Of a DNA stretch of 15,994 bases, positions 1 to 8,746 are shown one piece after another. Position numbers and translations under genes: made by a program. Source of the stretch: Candidatus Rokuibacteriota bacterium (lineage in GTDB: Bacteria; Methylomirabilota; Methylomirabilia; Rokubacteriales; CSP1-6); the NCBI GenBank assembly GCA_016209425.1, contig JACQWA010000004.1, positions 1 to 15,994 of the forward strand, written 5' to 3'. The notes beneath the pieces are model-generated. The model made no database searches. It saw nothing but the letters and a program-made list of their open reading frames with translations, and was not told where the DNA came from. Within the stretch, counting starts at the first letter, position 1. Each line of letters begins with the position of its first letter.

Positions 1-36
1 GCAGCGAGGCGAACGCTTCGGCGTTCGCAATGGTGA
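1..36 (+). CDS. 3' end of an upstream ORF (possible antitoxin partner of MazF); only the last 11 codons are in the window (...AARRTLRRSQW*)
   Basis: Frame-1 ORF runs off the 5' edge and stops at TGA 34-36. It overlaps the mazF ATG (30-32) in an ATGgTGA arrangement typical of coupled toxin-antitoxin pairs. The basic C-terminus is atypical for MazE, so the identity is uncertain. Confidence 0.25.
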   Translation, partial: AARRTLRRSQW

Positions 37-374
37 TCTCGCAGGGGGAGGTCTGGTGGGCGGACTTGCCGGAGCCGTCGGGCTCGGAACCTGGGTTCCG
101 GCGCCCAGTCGTCGTCGTGCAAGCTGACGCGTTCAATCGAAGTCAAATCGCCACGGTCGTTTGCGTACCGCTGACCAGCAATCTGCGCTGGGCAGAAGCC
201 CCGGGCAACGTGCTGCTCGCCTCGAAGGTGACGGGACTGCCCAAAGACTCTGTCGCCAACGTCTCGCAGCTCGTCACGCTGGACAAATCTTCCCTCACCG
301 ACCGGGTCGGCAAGTTATCGAAGGCGAAGCTGGAGCTGGTGCTCTTCGGAATCGATGTCGTGCTCGGTCGCTGA
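30..374 (+). CDS. mazF: MazF/PemK/Kid-family type II toxin (mRNA interferase endoribonuclease), 114 aa
   Basis: The N-terminus MVISQGEVWWADLPEPSGSEPGFRRPVVVVQ is the hallmark MazF/PemK start (GE[IV]WWxDL...RPxVV[VL]). Length of about 110 aa fits the family. TGA stop. An upstream ORF end overlaps the start codon. Confidence 0.85.
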   Translation: MVISQGEVWWADLPEPSGSEPGFRRPVVVVQADAFNRSQIATVVCVPLTSNLRWAEAPGNVLLASKVTGLPKDSVANVSQLVTLDKSSLTDRVGKLSKAKLELVLFGIDVVLGR

Positions 375-501
375 GTCGGCCGTCGAACAAGCCGCTGCAG
401 CGGCCTGGATGCTCGCGTTGCTCGCACGCCAGCCCCTGAGCGCCGGCGATGGGCCGACGCTCGCCGCCGCGTTAGACGTACCGTTGGTTGAAGGGGGACG
501 C

Positions 502-756
502 ATGGGCTCCGTCGCGGGCGTCCTCATGTGGGCTATGGCTGGTCTATTCGTGTCTACCGCTCACGCGAACAGTGGTATTCCGGGTCCGCTCATCCTGGCC
601 GCTGGCTCGATCACGGACAACCCCCTCTACTGGGTCGGCGTCAATATGGGTATGTGCATCGGAATCGAGGGCGCCATTTACCACTATCTGCGTCTCTGGG
701 CGAGGCCGTACCTCGGCAGCGCCGTAGCGAACTTCGTATCTCAAGCGACCGTGTAA
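502..756 (+). CDS. Hypothetical small secreted or membrane protein (about 84 aa) with a predicted signal peptide (MGSVAGVLMWAMAGLFVSTAHA|NS)
   Basis: ATG at 502 is preceded by a strong SD (AAGGGGGA, 6-nt spacer). The N-terminus has a hydrophobic h-region and an AHA-type cleavage motif, followed by a second hydrophobic segment (GPLILAAGSITDNPLYWVGVNMGMCIGIEGAIY). TAA stop, whereas all other genes use TGA. GC3 is visibly lower than in neighbours (gct, ggt, cta, tct, agt, att, aat, tat, gta, caa codons). An alternative upstream start at 355 or 409 would overlap the mazF 3' end. Confidence 0.45.
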   Translation: MGSVAGVLMWAMAGLFVSTAHANSGIPGPLILAAGSITDNPLYWVGVNMGMCIGIEGAIYHYLRLWARPYLGSAVANFVSQATV

Positions 757-796
757 CTGCATGCGTGTAACCCCCATGCGAAACCGGAGGGACGCG

Positions 797-1192
797 ATGG
801 GCAGCGACGAGAACAAGGAGCTGGTGTCGAAGACCTGGGACGCGATCGTACGCGGTGATGTCAAATCCGCATTTGCCTCAATGTCGGATGCCGTGACGTG
901 GACGATCCCCGGGGCTATGGCGGGGCTCTCGGGCGTCAAGTCCGGCAAGGTAGAAATCATCGCCTTCCTCCGGAGGGTGGCAACGACGTTTCCCGGCGGT
1001 CTGACGAGCGACGTCCGGCAGATTTACGCGGACGGTGACGCCGTGATTCTCGAGATGACCAACCGCGGCACGACCGCGACCGGCCGCTCGTACGTGAACG
1101 ACTACTGCTTCGTTTTCGAGGTGGAGCGCGGGCGCGTCCGTGCGATCCGGGAATACGTCGACACGCAGAAGGCGGCCGAGGTCTTCGCGTGA
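797..1192 (+). CDS. SnoaL-like / NTF2-fold protein (ketosteroid-isomerase-like small enzyme or binding protein), 131 aa
   Basis: MGSDENKELVSKTWDAIVRGDVKSAFASMSDAVTWTIPG matches the typical N-terminal pattern of SnoaL_2/NTF2-like proteins (NKxLVxxfydA...GDvdal...dDvvw..PG). GGAGG lies 7 nt upstream of ATG 797. TGA stop. Codon usage is coding-like. Confidence 0.7.
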   Translation: MGSDENKELVSKTWDAIVRGDVKSAFASMSDAVTWTIPGAMAGLSGVKSGKVEIIAFLRRVATTFPGGLTSDVRQIYADGDAVILEMTNRGTTATGRSYVNDYCFVFEVERGRVRAIREYVDTQKAAEVFA

Positions 1193-1593
1193 GGAAAGAG
1201 CGGGGGCCGCGCGGTCGGCGTCGATACGATGAGGCGTCGACCTACACATTCTGCGGATAGAGAGAGCTGAGCCTCCTCCCTCGGAAGGGCTCTTCTGCTG
1301 GCCCGATGAAGGCAAGCCGTGAGCCGCCGAAGGAGCGGGCCGCAGAACCCTTATCAGGCCCCCGGCTGTCAAGAGGAGAAACTGGTAACGTCTCCGCGGC
1401 CGAGAAACTCATCGGTGCCCTGTTGCCGGCCGACTCAATGCGGGCGGGCTCTGGCGGGAGACCAGTCCCAGTTCTTCGATTCGATCGTCGGAAGAGGACT
1501 ATGCGTCGGCCCTCACCCCGGGGCTCGCGTCCCGGCACTACCCGGAACGGTCGCTTGGGGCGAGGCCACCGAAGCTACGCGGGGGGCGAGGCC

Positions 1594-2409
1594 GTGAAAA
1601 TCGGATGCTTCATCGCGGTGGTCAGCGTGTTCCTGGGGTTGGCGGCCTTTTCCCCCGCGGAGGCGCGTTCCCATTTCATGGGGAAGAAAGGCGATCGGGG
1701 TGAGCAGGAGCAAGGCAAATCTGATGCCGGCTTGGAACCTCGGATGAGGATCCGGCCGAGCGGCTTGGTTGCCGTGTTCCCGGCCGAAGCCGCTTGCCCG
1801 GACATCGCCTCTCCCTTCGGCTCGAGCACCCGCTATGACGGAAGCCGCCGGCCGTCGGACCGCTACGGGGGACTCCACGGCGGCATCGACATCAGCCTGG
1901 AAGAAGGCACCCCATTGCGGGCGATCGCGGCGGGCCAGGTGATCAGCGCAGGGACCGGCGGGCTGGCCCGCGGGATCTATCTCTGGTTGCAGCACTCGCC
2001 GCAGGAGACCGGATTGCCCTTCTGGGTCTACTCCAAGTATCAGCATCTTCGCGATATTCCCGAGCTCAAAGCGGGGGAGACGGTCACGGCGGGCCAAATC
2101 GTCGGACTGTCCGGCAAGACCGGCACCGTCGGCAGACATTACGGCCCCGCAGGCTATCCGCATCTTCACTTGACGACGTTTGCCGTGTCCAGCGACCGAT
2201 ACGAAGTCAGGGGCTCCTCCGTCGTCGCCCCGATGTCGCGGATCTTTGATCCCGTCACCCTGTACGTCAAAGGGCTTCGTGACGTGGACGAGATCGAACG
2301 TCTCTCCGGAGATCAGAAGAACGTCCCGGTTCCCTACGTCGCGGAAGACGGTTCAGTTCATCCAGCCGGCGCTCCTGTGGTCTGGCCGGTTGCCTGTAGA
2401 CGGCGGTGA
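1594..2409 (+). CDS. Secreted M23-family (LytM/lysostaphin-type) zinc metallopeptidase, about 271 aa from a GTG start
   Basis: Zn-binding motifs HGGID (HxxxD) and HLHL (HxH) occur with the spacing typical of the M23 family, with YQHL in between. KIGCFIAVVSVFLGLAAFSPAEA is a signal peptide immediately after the in-frame GTG at 1594. In-frame codons 1306-1593 use rare codons (tta, tca, aga, gga, act, ggt), so the longer 367-aa ORF is unlikely. The start (GTG 1594 versus ATG 1500) remains uncertain. Confidence 0.75.
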   Translation: MKIGCFIAVVSVFLGLAAFSPAEARSHFMGKKGDRGEQEQGKSDAGLEPRMRIRPSGLVAVFPAEAACPDIASPFGSSTRYDGSRRPSDRYGGLHGGIDISLEEGTPLRAIAAGQVISAGTGGLARGIYLWLQHSPQETGLPFWVYSKYQHLRDIPELKAGETVTAGQIVGLSGKTGTVGRHYGPAGYPHLHLTTFAVSSDRYEVRGSSVVAPMSRIFDPVTLYVKGLRDVDEIERLSGDQKNVPVPYVAEDGSVHPAGAPVVWPVACRRR

Positions 2410-2493
2410 CTGGGCGGACTGCACGCAGCATGGAGTCCCCGGTCACGCTATCCGCGGCGTCTAACGAGCGAATGGACCACGACGCGGACTGGC

Positions 2494-3447
2494 TCAGGCG
2501 GGTTCTTCGAAGACGCCGATCTTGCGGAATTTCTCGTAGCGGTCGCTGACGAGCTGGTCCGGACTCTTTCCCTTCAGCTCCCACAGGTGGTCGCGGAGCG
2601 GCGGGCGCAGGGCGGCTGCGGTCTCCTCCCAGTTCCGGTGCGCGCCGCCCATGGGCTCCGGGACGATGGCGTCGATGACGCCGAGGCGCTGAAGATCGGG
2701 GGCGGTGAGCCGGAGCAGCTCGGCCGCCTCGGGAGCCTTGGCGGCGTCTCCCCAGAGGATGGCGGCGCACCCTTCGGGTGAGATGACCGAGTAGATCGCG
2801 TATTCGAGCATCAGCACGCGGTCCGCGACGCCGATGGCCAGGGCGCCCCCGCTCCCCCCCACCCCCGTCACCACGGCGATCACGGGCGTTCGGAGCGCGG
2901 CCATCTCGCGGAGGTTGCACGCGATGGCCTCGGCCTGCCCGCGCTCCTCGGCGCCCACCCCGGGATAGGCACCCGGCGTGTCGATGAGCGTGAAGACCGG
3001 CTTGGCGAACTTCTCGGCGAGCTTCATCAGGCGGAGCGCCTTCCGGTACCCCTCCGGGTGGGGCATCCCGAAGTTTCGTGCCAGGTTCTCGCGGGTGTCC
3101 CGCCCCTTCTGGTGGCCAAGCACGACCACCGACTGTCCCTCGAAGTGCGCGAGCCCGCCCACGATGGCTTTGTCGTCGCCGTAGAGGCGATCGCCGTGGA
3201 GTTCCACGAAGTCCTCGAGGAGGAGCCGGAAGAAGTCAAGCGTACGGGGACGCTTGGGGTGACGGGCCAGCTGGGTGCGCTGCCACGGCGTCAGGCTGGC
3301 GTAGGTCCGTTGCTGGAGGCGGCGGAGGCGCTCCTCGAGCGACAGGATCTCGTCCCGGGCCGCCAGCGGGTCGGTCGAGGCGCGGAGCTCGGCGATCCGG
3401 TTCTCCAGCTCCAGGAGGGGCTTCTCGAAGTCAAGCCCTTCCGGCAT
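2494..3447 (-). CDS. accA: Acetyl-CoA carboxylase carboxyltransferase alpha subunit, 317 aa
   Basis: [23 protein letters not shown]..., [39 protein letters not shown] and [13 protein letters not shown] are all canonical AccA blocks. ATG at 3447 overlaps the dnaE stop by 17 nt. The dnaE-accA adjacency matches E. coli. TGA stop. Confidence 0.95.
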   Translation of the reverse strand: MPEGLDFEKPLLELENRIAELRASTDPLAARDEILSLEERLRRLQQRTYASLTPWQRTQLARHPKRPRTLDFFRLLLEDFVELHGDRLYGDDKAIVGGLAHFEGQSVVVLGHQKGRDTRENLARNFGMPHPEGYRKALRLMKLAEKFAKPVFTLIDTPGAYPGVGAEERGQAEAIACNLREMAALRTPVIAVVTGVGGSGGALAIGVADRVLMLEYAIYSVISPEGCAAILWGDAAKAPEAAELLRLTAPDLQRLGVIDAIVPEPMGGAHRNWEETAAALRPPLRDHLWELKGKSPDQLVSDRYEKFRKIGVFEEPA

Positions 3448-6400
3448 ATTCGACGAGTACGCTCCCCTGCCCGAGCAGGGTCTCCACCTTGCCAACCAGC
3501 TCGTGCGCCGGGTCCACGGACAGCTCCGTGACGCGCACCACGACCTCATGCTCCGGGAGAAGCAGATGAAGAAACAAGGGAACCCTCCCGGGATGCTCGG
3601 CGCAGAGCCGCTTGACGGACTCGAGGAGCGCCAACGCCTCGCCGCTGCCGGGAACGCGGATGCGGCAGGTCTGGGGCTCGGGTCGGGGCGCTCCGGCGAA
3701 TGGGTCTGCCGGGGGTTCGGGCTCAGGCTGGCCCTCCAGCGGGCGAATGTCCTCTGCCAGCACGACCCTCCCCTTGTCGGTTTCGTCCACCCGGCCCCTC
3801 ACCACGATGGGTTCGCGCGAGCGCAGGAGGGTTGCGGCAATTTTGAAGGGGGCGGGGAATACGGTGAGCTCCACGCTCCCGCCCATATCCTCCAGGGTCG
3901 CGAAGGCCATCCGGTCACCGCTCTTGGTCGGGATTTCCTTGAGGGCCGTGACCTGGCCGACGAGGCCGACGCGGGCACCGACCGCCTTGTGGACCAGGTC
4001 CGCGATCGGCGTCGCCCCGAGACGCTGGGTCACCGCCCCGAAGCGAGCCAGCGGGTGGCCGGACAGGTAGAAGCCCAGCACGTCCTTTTCGTAGGCGAGC
4101 CGCTGGTCTCCTTCCCACTCGGGAATCACCTCTTCCTCGGCGCGCGGGTGGTCGGGGGTCGCTCTGTCATCAGTCCCCATCACGTCGAAGAAAGACCCCT
4201 GCCCCTCCTGGCGGTCGCGCTGCCGGCGCTGGCCCGTCTCCATGGCCCGATCGAGCGTGGAGAGGAGGTGGGCGCGGGACACCCCCAGCGAGTCGAACGC
4301 CCCGGCCTTGATGAGGCTCTCGATCACCCGCCGGTTCACCAACCGGAGGTCCACGCGAGCGCAGAAGTCCGTCAGCGACTCGAACCGCCCCTTGGCCTCA
4401 CGGGTTGCCAGGATGGACTGGATGGCGGCCTCCCCCACATTCTTGATGGCGGCGAGGCCGAACCGGATGGTCTCCTTCACCACGCTGAACTGGAGGCCCG
4501 GGACGTTCACGTCGGGCGGGAGGACCTGGATCCCCATCGCCCGGCATTCCTCGATGTACGTGACGATCTTGTCGGTGTCCCCCATTTCGGAGGTAAGGAG
4601 GGCGGCCATGAACTCCACCGGGTGGTTGGCCTTGAAGTACGCGGTCTGGTAGGCGACCACCGCGTACGCCGTCCCGTGGGAATTGTGGACGACGATCCCG
4701 TTGGCGACGAAGCTCTTGGCTCCCGGCACCTCGAAGTCGTACGTGGGCTCGAAACCCTCCGCGACGAACCTCCTTGGCCTCGACCAGCCAATGGCAGGGT
4801 CGCCCAGCGCGTGCAACTCGGGGGAATCAAGCCGCTCGGCCAGGCACTTGAGCGTATCCCGGCGAATTCCCCGCTTCTTCCGTTCCTTGGCAACGAGTCG
4901 GGATGAGACCCCGAGCGCTCGACACCCAGCTTTCAGGCTCAGGGAACGCTTGAGGATCGCCTGTCGGAGCGGCTCCAGGCAGATCGCCAACGGGATCACA
5001 TCGACCGTCCCGCGTGCGAGGAGGGTCCTCATGCCGTTGTACGAAGCGGCGAGCGCCGCAAGCCCCGCCTTCCTTTTCCCGATCAGATGGGGACCCATGA
5101 GTTCCTGGAACCTTGCGTAGGTCGAGCGGGCCCCGGGGAGGCTGACGGTATCCCCGATCCGTGAATAAAGGTAGAAATGGCTGTCGTAGCCGAGGCTCCC
5201 TTCGGAGAGGGCGTAGCCAAGGAGGGCGGCTTTGTGCGGGGGAACCGCCTCGATCCCGCGGGGAAGCTGCCGTGCCACCGCTACGAAATCGGCGTCCGTC
5301 AGATCCTCGGCGTTGATCCATCCTCGCTGGGTCCAGAGGGGGTGGTCGGGAGTGCAGCGCACGCTCATGCCGTTGGCGAGCCGGAGGCGCCCAACCCGCC
5401 GGAGCCCGCTCGGTCGCACGCCGAGGGCCTTGAAGGGGCCATCCTTCGTCAGGACGAGGTCGCCGGCCCGTATCTCGATAATCGGCTTTTCCGTGCCGTC
5501 GGCCATCGCGATCTGGGTGTCGCCTGTGAGGCACTTGTTAAACCCGTAGCCCGCAAACTTCTCCATGAGGTCGAAGACCTTCTCGGCCTTCTTCTCCCCG
5601 ATGGCGCGCGCCTTCGCCCCCTCGATGAACTTGGCCCGCTGCCGCGCCATCAGCTCGCGGTCCTTCTTCCCCATGGCGCGCCGGAGAATGTCGGCCTCGC
5701 CCATGCTGAAGCCGGCCATCTCCGAGGCGATCTGCATGACGCTTTCCTGGTAGACCATGATGCCGTACGTGTCCTTGAGGTACTTCTCCATCAGCGGATG
5801 CTCGTAGGTGATCTTCGCCCGGCCGTGCCTGCGGTTGATGAACTCCGGAATGAGGTCCATGGGCCCGGGCCGGTAGAGAGACACCATCGCGATGATGTCC
5901 TCCAGGCGCTCCGGCTTGAGCTTCTTCAGCGCCTCTCGCATGCCGGCCGACTCGAGCTGGAACACGCCGAAGGTCTTGCCCTCGGACAGGAGCTGGTAGC
6001 TCTTGGGGTCGTCGAAAGGGATCGCGTCGAGGTCCACGGCCACCCCGGTGGACGCCCTCACCAGGCGCGCCGTGTTGGCGAGGACCGTGAGGGTGCGCAG
6101 CCCCAGGAAGTCCATCTTGAGGAGGCCGATCTTCTCGATGGGCCCCATGGCGTACCCGGTGACCACCTCGTTCCGCTTCGGATCCTTGTAGAGGGGGACG
6201 TGCTCGACCAGGGGCTCGTCTGAGATCACGACGCCCGCCGCGTGCTTGGAGGCGTGGCGCGTCAGTCCCTCGAGCGACTTGGCGACCTCCCACAGCTCCG
6301 CGAGCTCAGGTCGGCTCCTGATCGCCTCCGCCAGCGACGGGGATTGGGACAACGCATCATCCAGGGTGATGTTCAGCGGGAACGCGGGAACGAGCTTGGC

Positions 6401-7780
6401 GATCCGGTCGACCTCGTTGTAGGGCATGCCCAGCACGCGCCCCACGTCCCGGATCGCAGCCTTGGCTCCCAGGGTTCCAAACGTGATGATCTGCGCGACA
6501 TTCTCCCTGCCGTACTTACCGGCGACGTATTCAATGACCTCATCCCGTCTGTCGTCGGCGAAGTCGATGTCCATGTCGGGCATCGAGATCCTCTCGGGGT
6601 TCAGGAAGCGCTCGAAGAGGAGGCCGTAGCGGATCGGATCGATGTTGGTGATTCCCAGCACGTAGGCGACCAGGGAGCCCGCGGACGAGCCACGCCCGGG
6701 CCCGACTGCAATGCCCTGGCTCTTGGCGTACCGGATAAAGTCCCACACCACGAGGAAGTACCCGGCGAAGCCCATCTTCTCGATGACCGCGAGCTCCTGC
6801 TCGAGCCGCTCCACCACGAGATCGGGGGGCGGGGCGCCGTAGCGGGACCGGAGCCCCTCCCGGGCGAGGTGTCGCAGATAGCTCTCCAGCGTGTGCCCTT
6901 CCGGAACCCGGTAGCGCGGGAGGTGGAACTGGCCGAAGGTGAGCTCCAGGTTGCAGCGCTCGGCAACGGACAGGGTGTTGCGGCAGGCCTCCGGAAGCTC
7001 GGCGAAGACGCGCCGCATCTCCTCGGCGGATTTCAGGTAGAACTGGTCGGTGGAGAAGCGCCAGCGGTCCGGATCCCGTATCGTGGTCCCGGTCTGGATA
7101 CACAGGAGCGCCTCGTGGGCCCGGGCGTGGGCGGCCTCGAGGTAGTGGGCGTCGTTGGTCGCGGCCACAGGCGCCCCGACGGCGCGGGCGATGCGGAGGG
7201 TCGCTTCGGTGACCCGGGCCTGCTCCGGGAGGCCGTGGGACTGGACCTCCATGAAATAGCAGTCCCTGCCGAACACCTCCTGGAACCAGCCCGCCACCTG
7301 GCGGGCCTTGTCCTCCTCCCCCTGGGCGAGGAGCCGCGAGACTTCCGAGTTCAGGCAGCCGGAGAGGACCAGGAGGCCGTCGGAGTGCTGGGCTAAAAGC
7401 TCCTTATCTACCCGGGGCTTATAATAGAACCCTTCAAGATATGCTTTGGACACGAGCTTCATGAGGTTCCGATAGCCCGGGAGGCTGCGGACCAGGACCG
7501 TGCAGTGGTTGGCGCCCTCGTAGGACCCATCCACGTTGGCCCGCTCGAACCGGCTTCCCGGCGCCACGTACAGCTCGGCGCCGATCAGCGGCTTGACCCC
7601 CGCTCTCTGGCAGGCCAGGTAGAACTCGATGGCCGCGAAGAGATTCCCGTGATCGGTCAGGGCCAGGGCGGGGAACCGGAGCTCCTTGGCCTTGGCGACG
7701 AGCTTGTCGAGGTGACTGGCGCCGTCGAGGAGGCTGTACTCCGAGTGAACGTGCAGGTGGACGAAATCCGAATGGGTCAT
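3431..7780 (-). CDS. dnaE: DNA polymerase III alpha subunit, intein-containing precursor (1449 aa; mature about 1165 aa after splicing)
   Basis: PHP domain ([13 protein letters not shown]), [35 protein letters not shown] and the C-terminal OB region cover the whole DnaE architecture. The protein is about 284 aa longer than the usual 1160 aa. The extra segment sits between FAGYGFNK and SHGTAYAV, which are contiguous (GFNKSH) in E. coli DnaE, and has intein hallmarks. Confidence 0.95.
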   Translation of the reverse strand: MTHSDFVHLHVHSEYSLLDGASHLDKLVAKAKELRFPALALTDHGNLFAAIEFYLACQRAGVKPLIGAELYVAPGSRFERANVDGSYEGANHCTVLVRSLPGYRNLMKLVSKAYLEGFYYKPRVDKELLAQHSDGLLVLSGCLNSEVSRLLAQGEEDKARQVAGWFQEVFGRDCYFMEVQSHGLPEQARVTEATLRIARAVGAPVAATNDAHYLEAAHARAHEALLCIQTGTTIRDPDRWRFSTDQFYLKSAEEMRRVFAELPEACRNTLSVAERCNLELTFGQFHLPRYRVPEGHTLESYLRHLAREGLRSRYGAPPPDLVVERLEQELAVIEKMGFAGYFLVVWDFIRYAKSQGIAVGPGRGSSAGSLVAYVLGITNIDPIRYGLLFERFLNPERISMPDMDIDFADDRRDEVIEYVAGKYGRENVAQIITFGTLGAKAAIRDVGRVLGMPYNEVDRIAKLVPAFPLNITLDDALSQSPSLAEAIRSRPELAELWEVAKSLEGLTRHASKHAAGVVISDEPLVEHVPLYKDPKRNEVVTGYAMGPIEKIGLLKMDFLGLRTLTVLANTARLVRASTGVAVDLDAIPFDDPKSYQLLSEGKTFGVFQLESAGMREALKKLKPERLEDIIAMVSLYRPGPMDLIPEFINRRHGRAKITYEHPLMEKYLKDTYGIMVYQESVMQIASEMAGFSMGEADILRRAMGKKDRELMARQRAKFIEGAKARAIGEKKAEKVFDLMEKFAGYGFNKCLTGDTQIAMADGTEKPIIEIRAGDLVLTKDGPFKALGVRPSGLRRVGRLRLANGMSVRCTPDHPLWTQRGWINAEDLTDADFVAVARQLPRGIEAVPPHKAALLGYALSEGSLGYDSHFYLYSRIGDTVSLPGARSTYARFQELMGPHLIGKRKAGLAALAASYNGMRTLLARGTVDVIPLAICLEPLRQAILKRSLSLKAGCRALGVSSRLVAKERKKRGIRRDTLKCLAERLDSPELHALGDPAIGWSRPRRFVAEGFEPTYDFEVPGAKSFVANGIVVHNSHGTAYAVVAYQTAYFKANHPVEFMAALLTSEMGDTDKIVTYIEECRAMGIQVLPPDVNVPGLQFSVVKETIRFGLAAIKNVGEAAIQSILATREAKGRFESLTDFCARVDLRLVNRRVIESLIKAGAFDSLGVSRAHLLSTLDRAMETGQRRQRDRQEGQGSFFDVMGTDDRATPDHPRAEEEVIPEWEGDQRLAYEKDVLGFYLSGHPLARFGAVTQRLGATPIADLVHKAVGARVGLVGQVTALKEIPTKSGDRMAFATLEDMGGSVELTVFPAPFKIAATLLRSREPIVVRGRVDETDKGRVVLAEDIRPLEGQPEPEPPADPFAGAPRPEPQTCRIRVPGSGEALALLESVKRLCAEHPGRVPLFLHLLLPEHEVVVRVTELSVDPAHELVGKVETLLGQGSVLVEYAGRA
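4682..5533 (-). mobile_element. Intein (284 aa) within dnaE at the GFNK|SHG site: Cys1 ... His-Asn, +1 Ser
   Basis: Block [11 protein letters not shown], block [14 protein letters not shown] (TxxH), block [23 protein letters not shown] followed by the extein +1 Ser. The central region carries one LAGLIDADG-like block ([13 protein letters not shown]). Removing residues 750-1033 restores a colinear DnaE. Codons checked directly: tgc (C) at 5531-5533, aat (N) at 4682-4684, tcc (S) at 4679-4681. Confidence 0.85.
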
Positions 7781-7784
7781 AGGG

Positions 7785-8741
7785 TCAGCGCCTTCCTTCG
7801 GCGCCGGGCACGGGGAGCTGGATGAGCGGGGTGGCGTTGCCGCCCATCATGAACTGGGGCAGCTTGCCGTCCCAGCGGGCCAGGTACTGCTGCTGGATGA
7901 GGGCCGGCGTCAGCGAGGCCGCCACCTTGGCGTTGTAGGCCGCCTCGGCCTCGCCCTTGATCCGAAGCGCCTCGGCCACGCCCTTGGCCTCCTCCCGAGC
8001 CGCGTCGCCCTTGCCCTTGGCGGTGGCGGCGGCGATCTCCGCCTGGCGCTGGGCCTGGATCAGCTCGTAGCGTTTCTGCTCGGCCTTCTGCTCCTCGATC
8101 TGCTTGGCCTCGATGGCGCGCTCGTAGGAGGGATCGAAGCGGATGTTGGCCAGCGCCACTTCCTTCATCTCGATCCCGTACTTGACCAGCCACTGGGTGA
8201 GCTCTTTCTGGACGTCCGCCTTGATGGCCGGTCGTTTTTGCAAGATCTCCGCGGCATTGTGGAGCGCACTGTTCGCCTTGAGGATTTCCTGGGCGGCAGG
8301 ATCCACGATGACGTTGGAGTAGCCGACTCCCACCCGCTGGTAGACCTCCGCTGCCTTCTCGGGGAGGAGCCGGAAGTTGAGGACCATCTCCACGTGGACG
8401 GCCTGGAGGTCCTTGGACGCCGCGTCGTAGCGGGCCTGATGTCGTTTCACGCGCGTGTCCATATCGATCACGTCGTAGAGCGGGTTGACGACGTTGAGCC
8501 CTTCGGTGAGCGGGACGGGCTGGACCTGGCCGAAGAGGAGCGCCACGCCCACATGCCCCGCGGGGATGATACGGAAGGTGGAGAAGAGGAGGATCAGGGC
8601 CGGAATCACGATGCCGCCGAGGAACGCCAGGCGCGCCCCGAGCCGCCGCATCTGAGGCGGAAGGTCTTCTGCCCGGTTGAGGAGGCGCGAGATCCCCATG
8701 CCCAGCGCGAACACGATCACCGCCAAGACGAGTTTGGCCAT
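7785..8741 (-). CDS. SPFH/band-7 domain membrane protein (prohibitin/HflC-like), 318 aa
   Basis: N-terminal transmembrane segment or segments, then an SPFH core (RIIPAGHVGVALLFGQV...LNVVNPLYDVIDMDTRV...VHVEMVLNFRL), then a Glu/Ala/Lys/Gln-rich coiled coil, as in prohibitins. The start is taken at ATG 8741 (MAKLVL), preceded by GGGAGTGAGGG. An in-frame GTG at 8756 is an alternative. TGA stop lies 4 nt before the dnaE ATG. Confidence 0.85.
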   Translation of the reverse strand: MAKLVLAVIVFALGMGISRLLNRAEDLPPQMRRLGARLAFLGGIVIPALILLFSTFRIIPAGHVGVALLFGQVQPVPLTEGLNVVNPLYDVIDMDTRVKRHQARYDAASKDLQAVHVEMVLNFRLLPEKAAEVYQRVGVGYSNVIVDPAAQEILKANSALHNAAEILQKRPAIKADVQKELTQWLVKYGIEMKEVALANIRFDPSYERAIEAKQIEEQKAEQKRYELIQAQRQAEIAAATAKGKGDAAREEAKGVAEALRIKGEAEAAYNAKVAASLTPALIQQQYLARWDGKLPQFMMGGNATPLIQLPVPGAEGRR

Positions 8742-8746
8742 CGCCC

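Noticed and set aside
355-501. N-terminal extension of the small ORF (start at ATG 355 or 409) overlapping the mazF 3' end
   Set aside because: No SD precedes those ATGs and the extension is Ala-rich and low-complexity. The strong SD sits before ATG 502, where the signal peptide begins. This is retained only as an alternative start.
1306-2409. Full 367-aa version of the M23 peptidase ORF starting at ATG 1306
   Set aside because: The first 96 codons are Arg/Pro/Gly-rich and use codons rare in this genome. The signal peptide begins right after the in-frame GTG at 1594, so the N-terminal extension is most likely non-coding.
2410-2493. Possible bidirectional terminator between the convergent M23 and accA genes
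   Set aside because: Only short imperfect inverted repeats (gtgac...gtcac, ggact...agtcc) are present and no T/A tract follows on either strand. This is not convincing as an intrinsic terminator.
3431-7780. dnaE over-length interpreted as a fusion with another gene or a mis-assembly
   Set aside because: The extra 284 aa are a single contiguous block flanked by contiguous extein sequence. The block carries intein splicing motifs, so the extra length is fully explained by an intein.
7777-8193. 138-aa minus-strand ORF overlapping the SPFH gene in another frame
   Set aside because: It is a low-complexity Gly/Arg-rich translation nested inside a well-supported SPFH CDS, so it is a shadow ORF.
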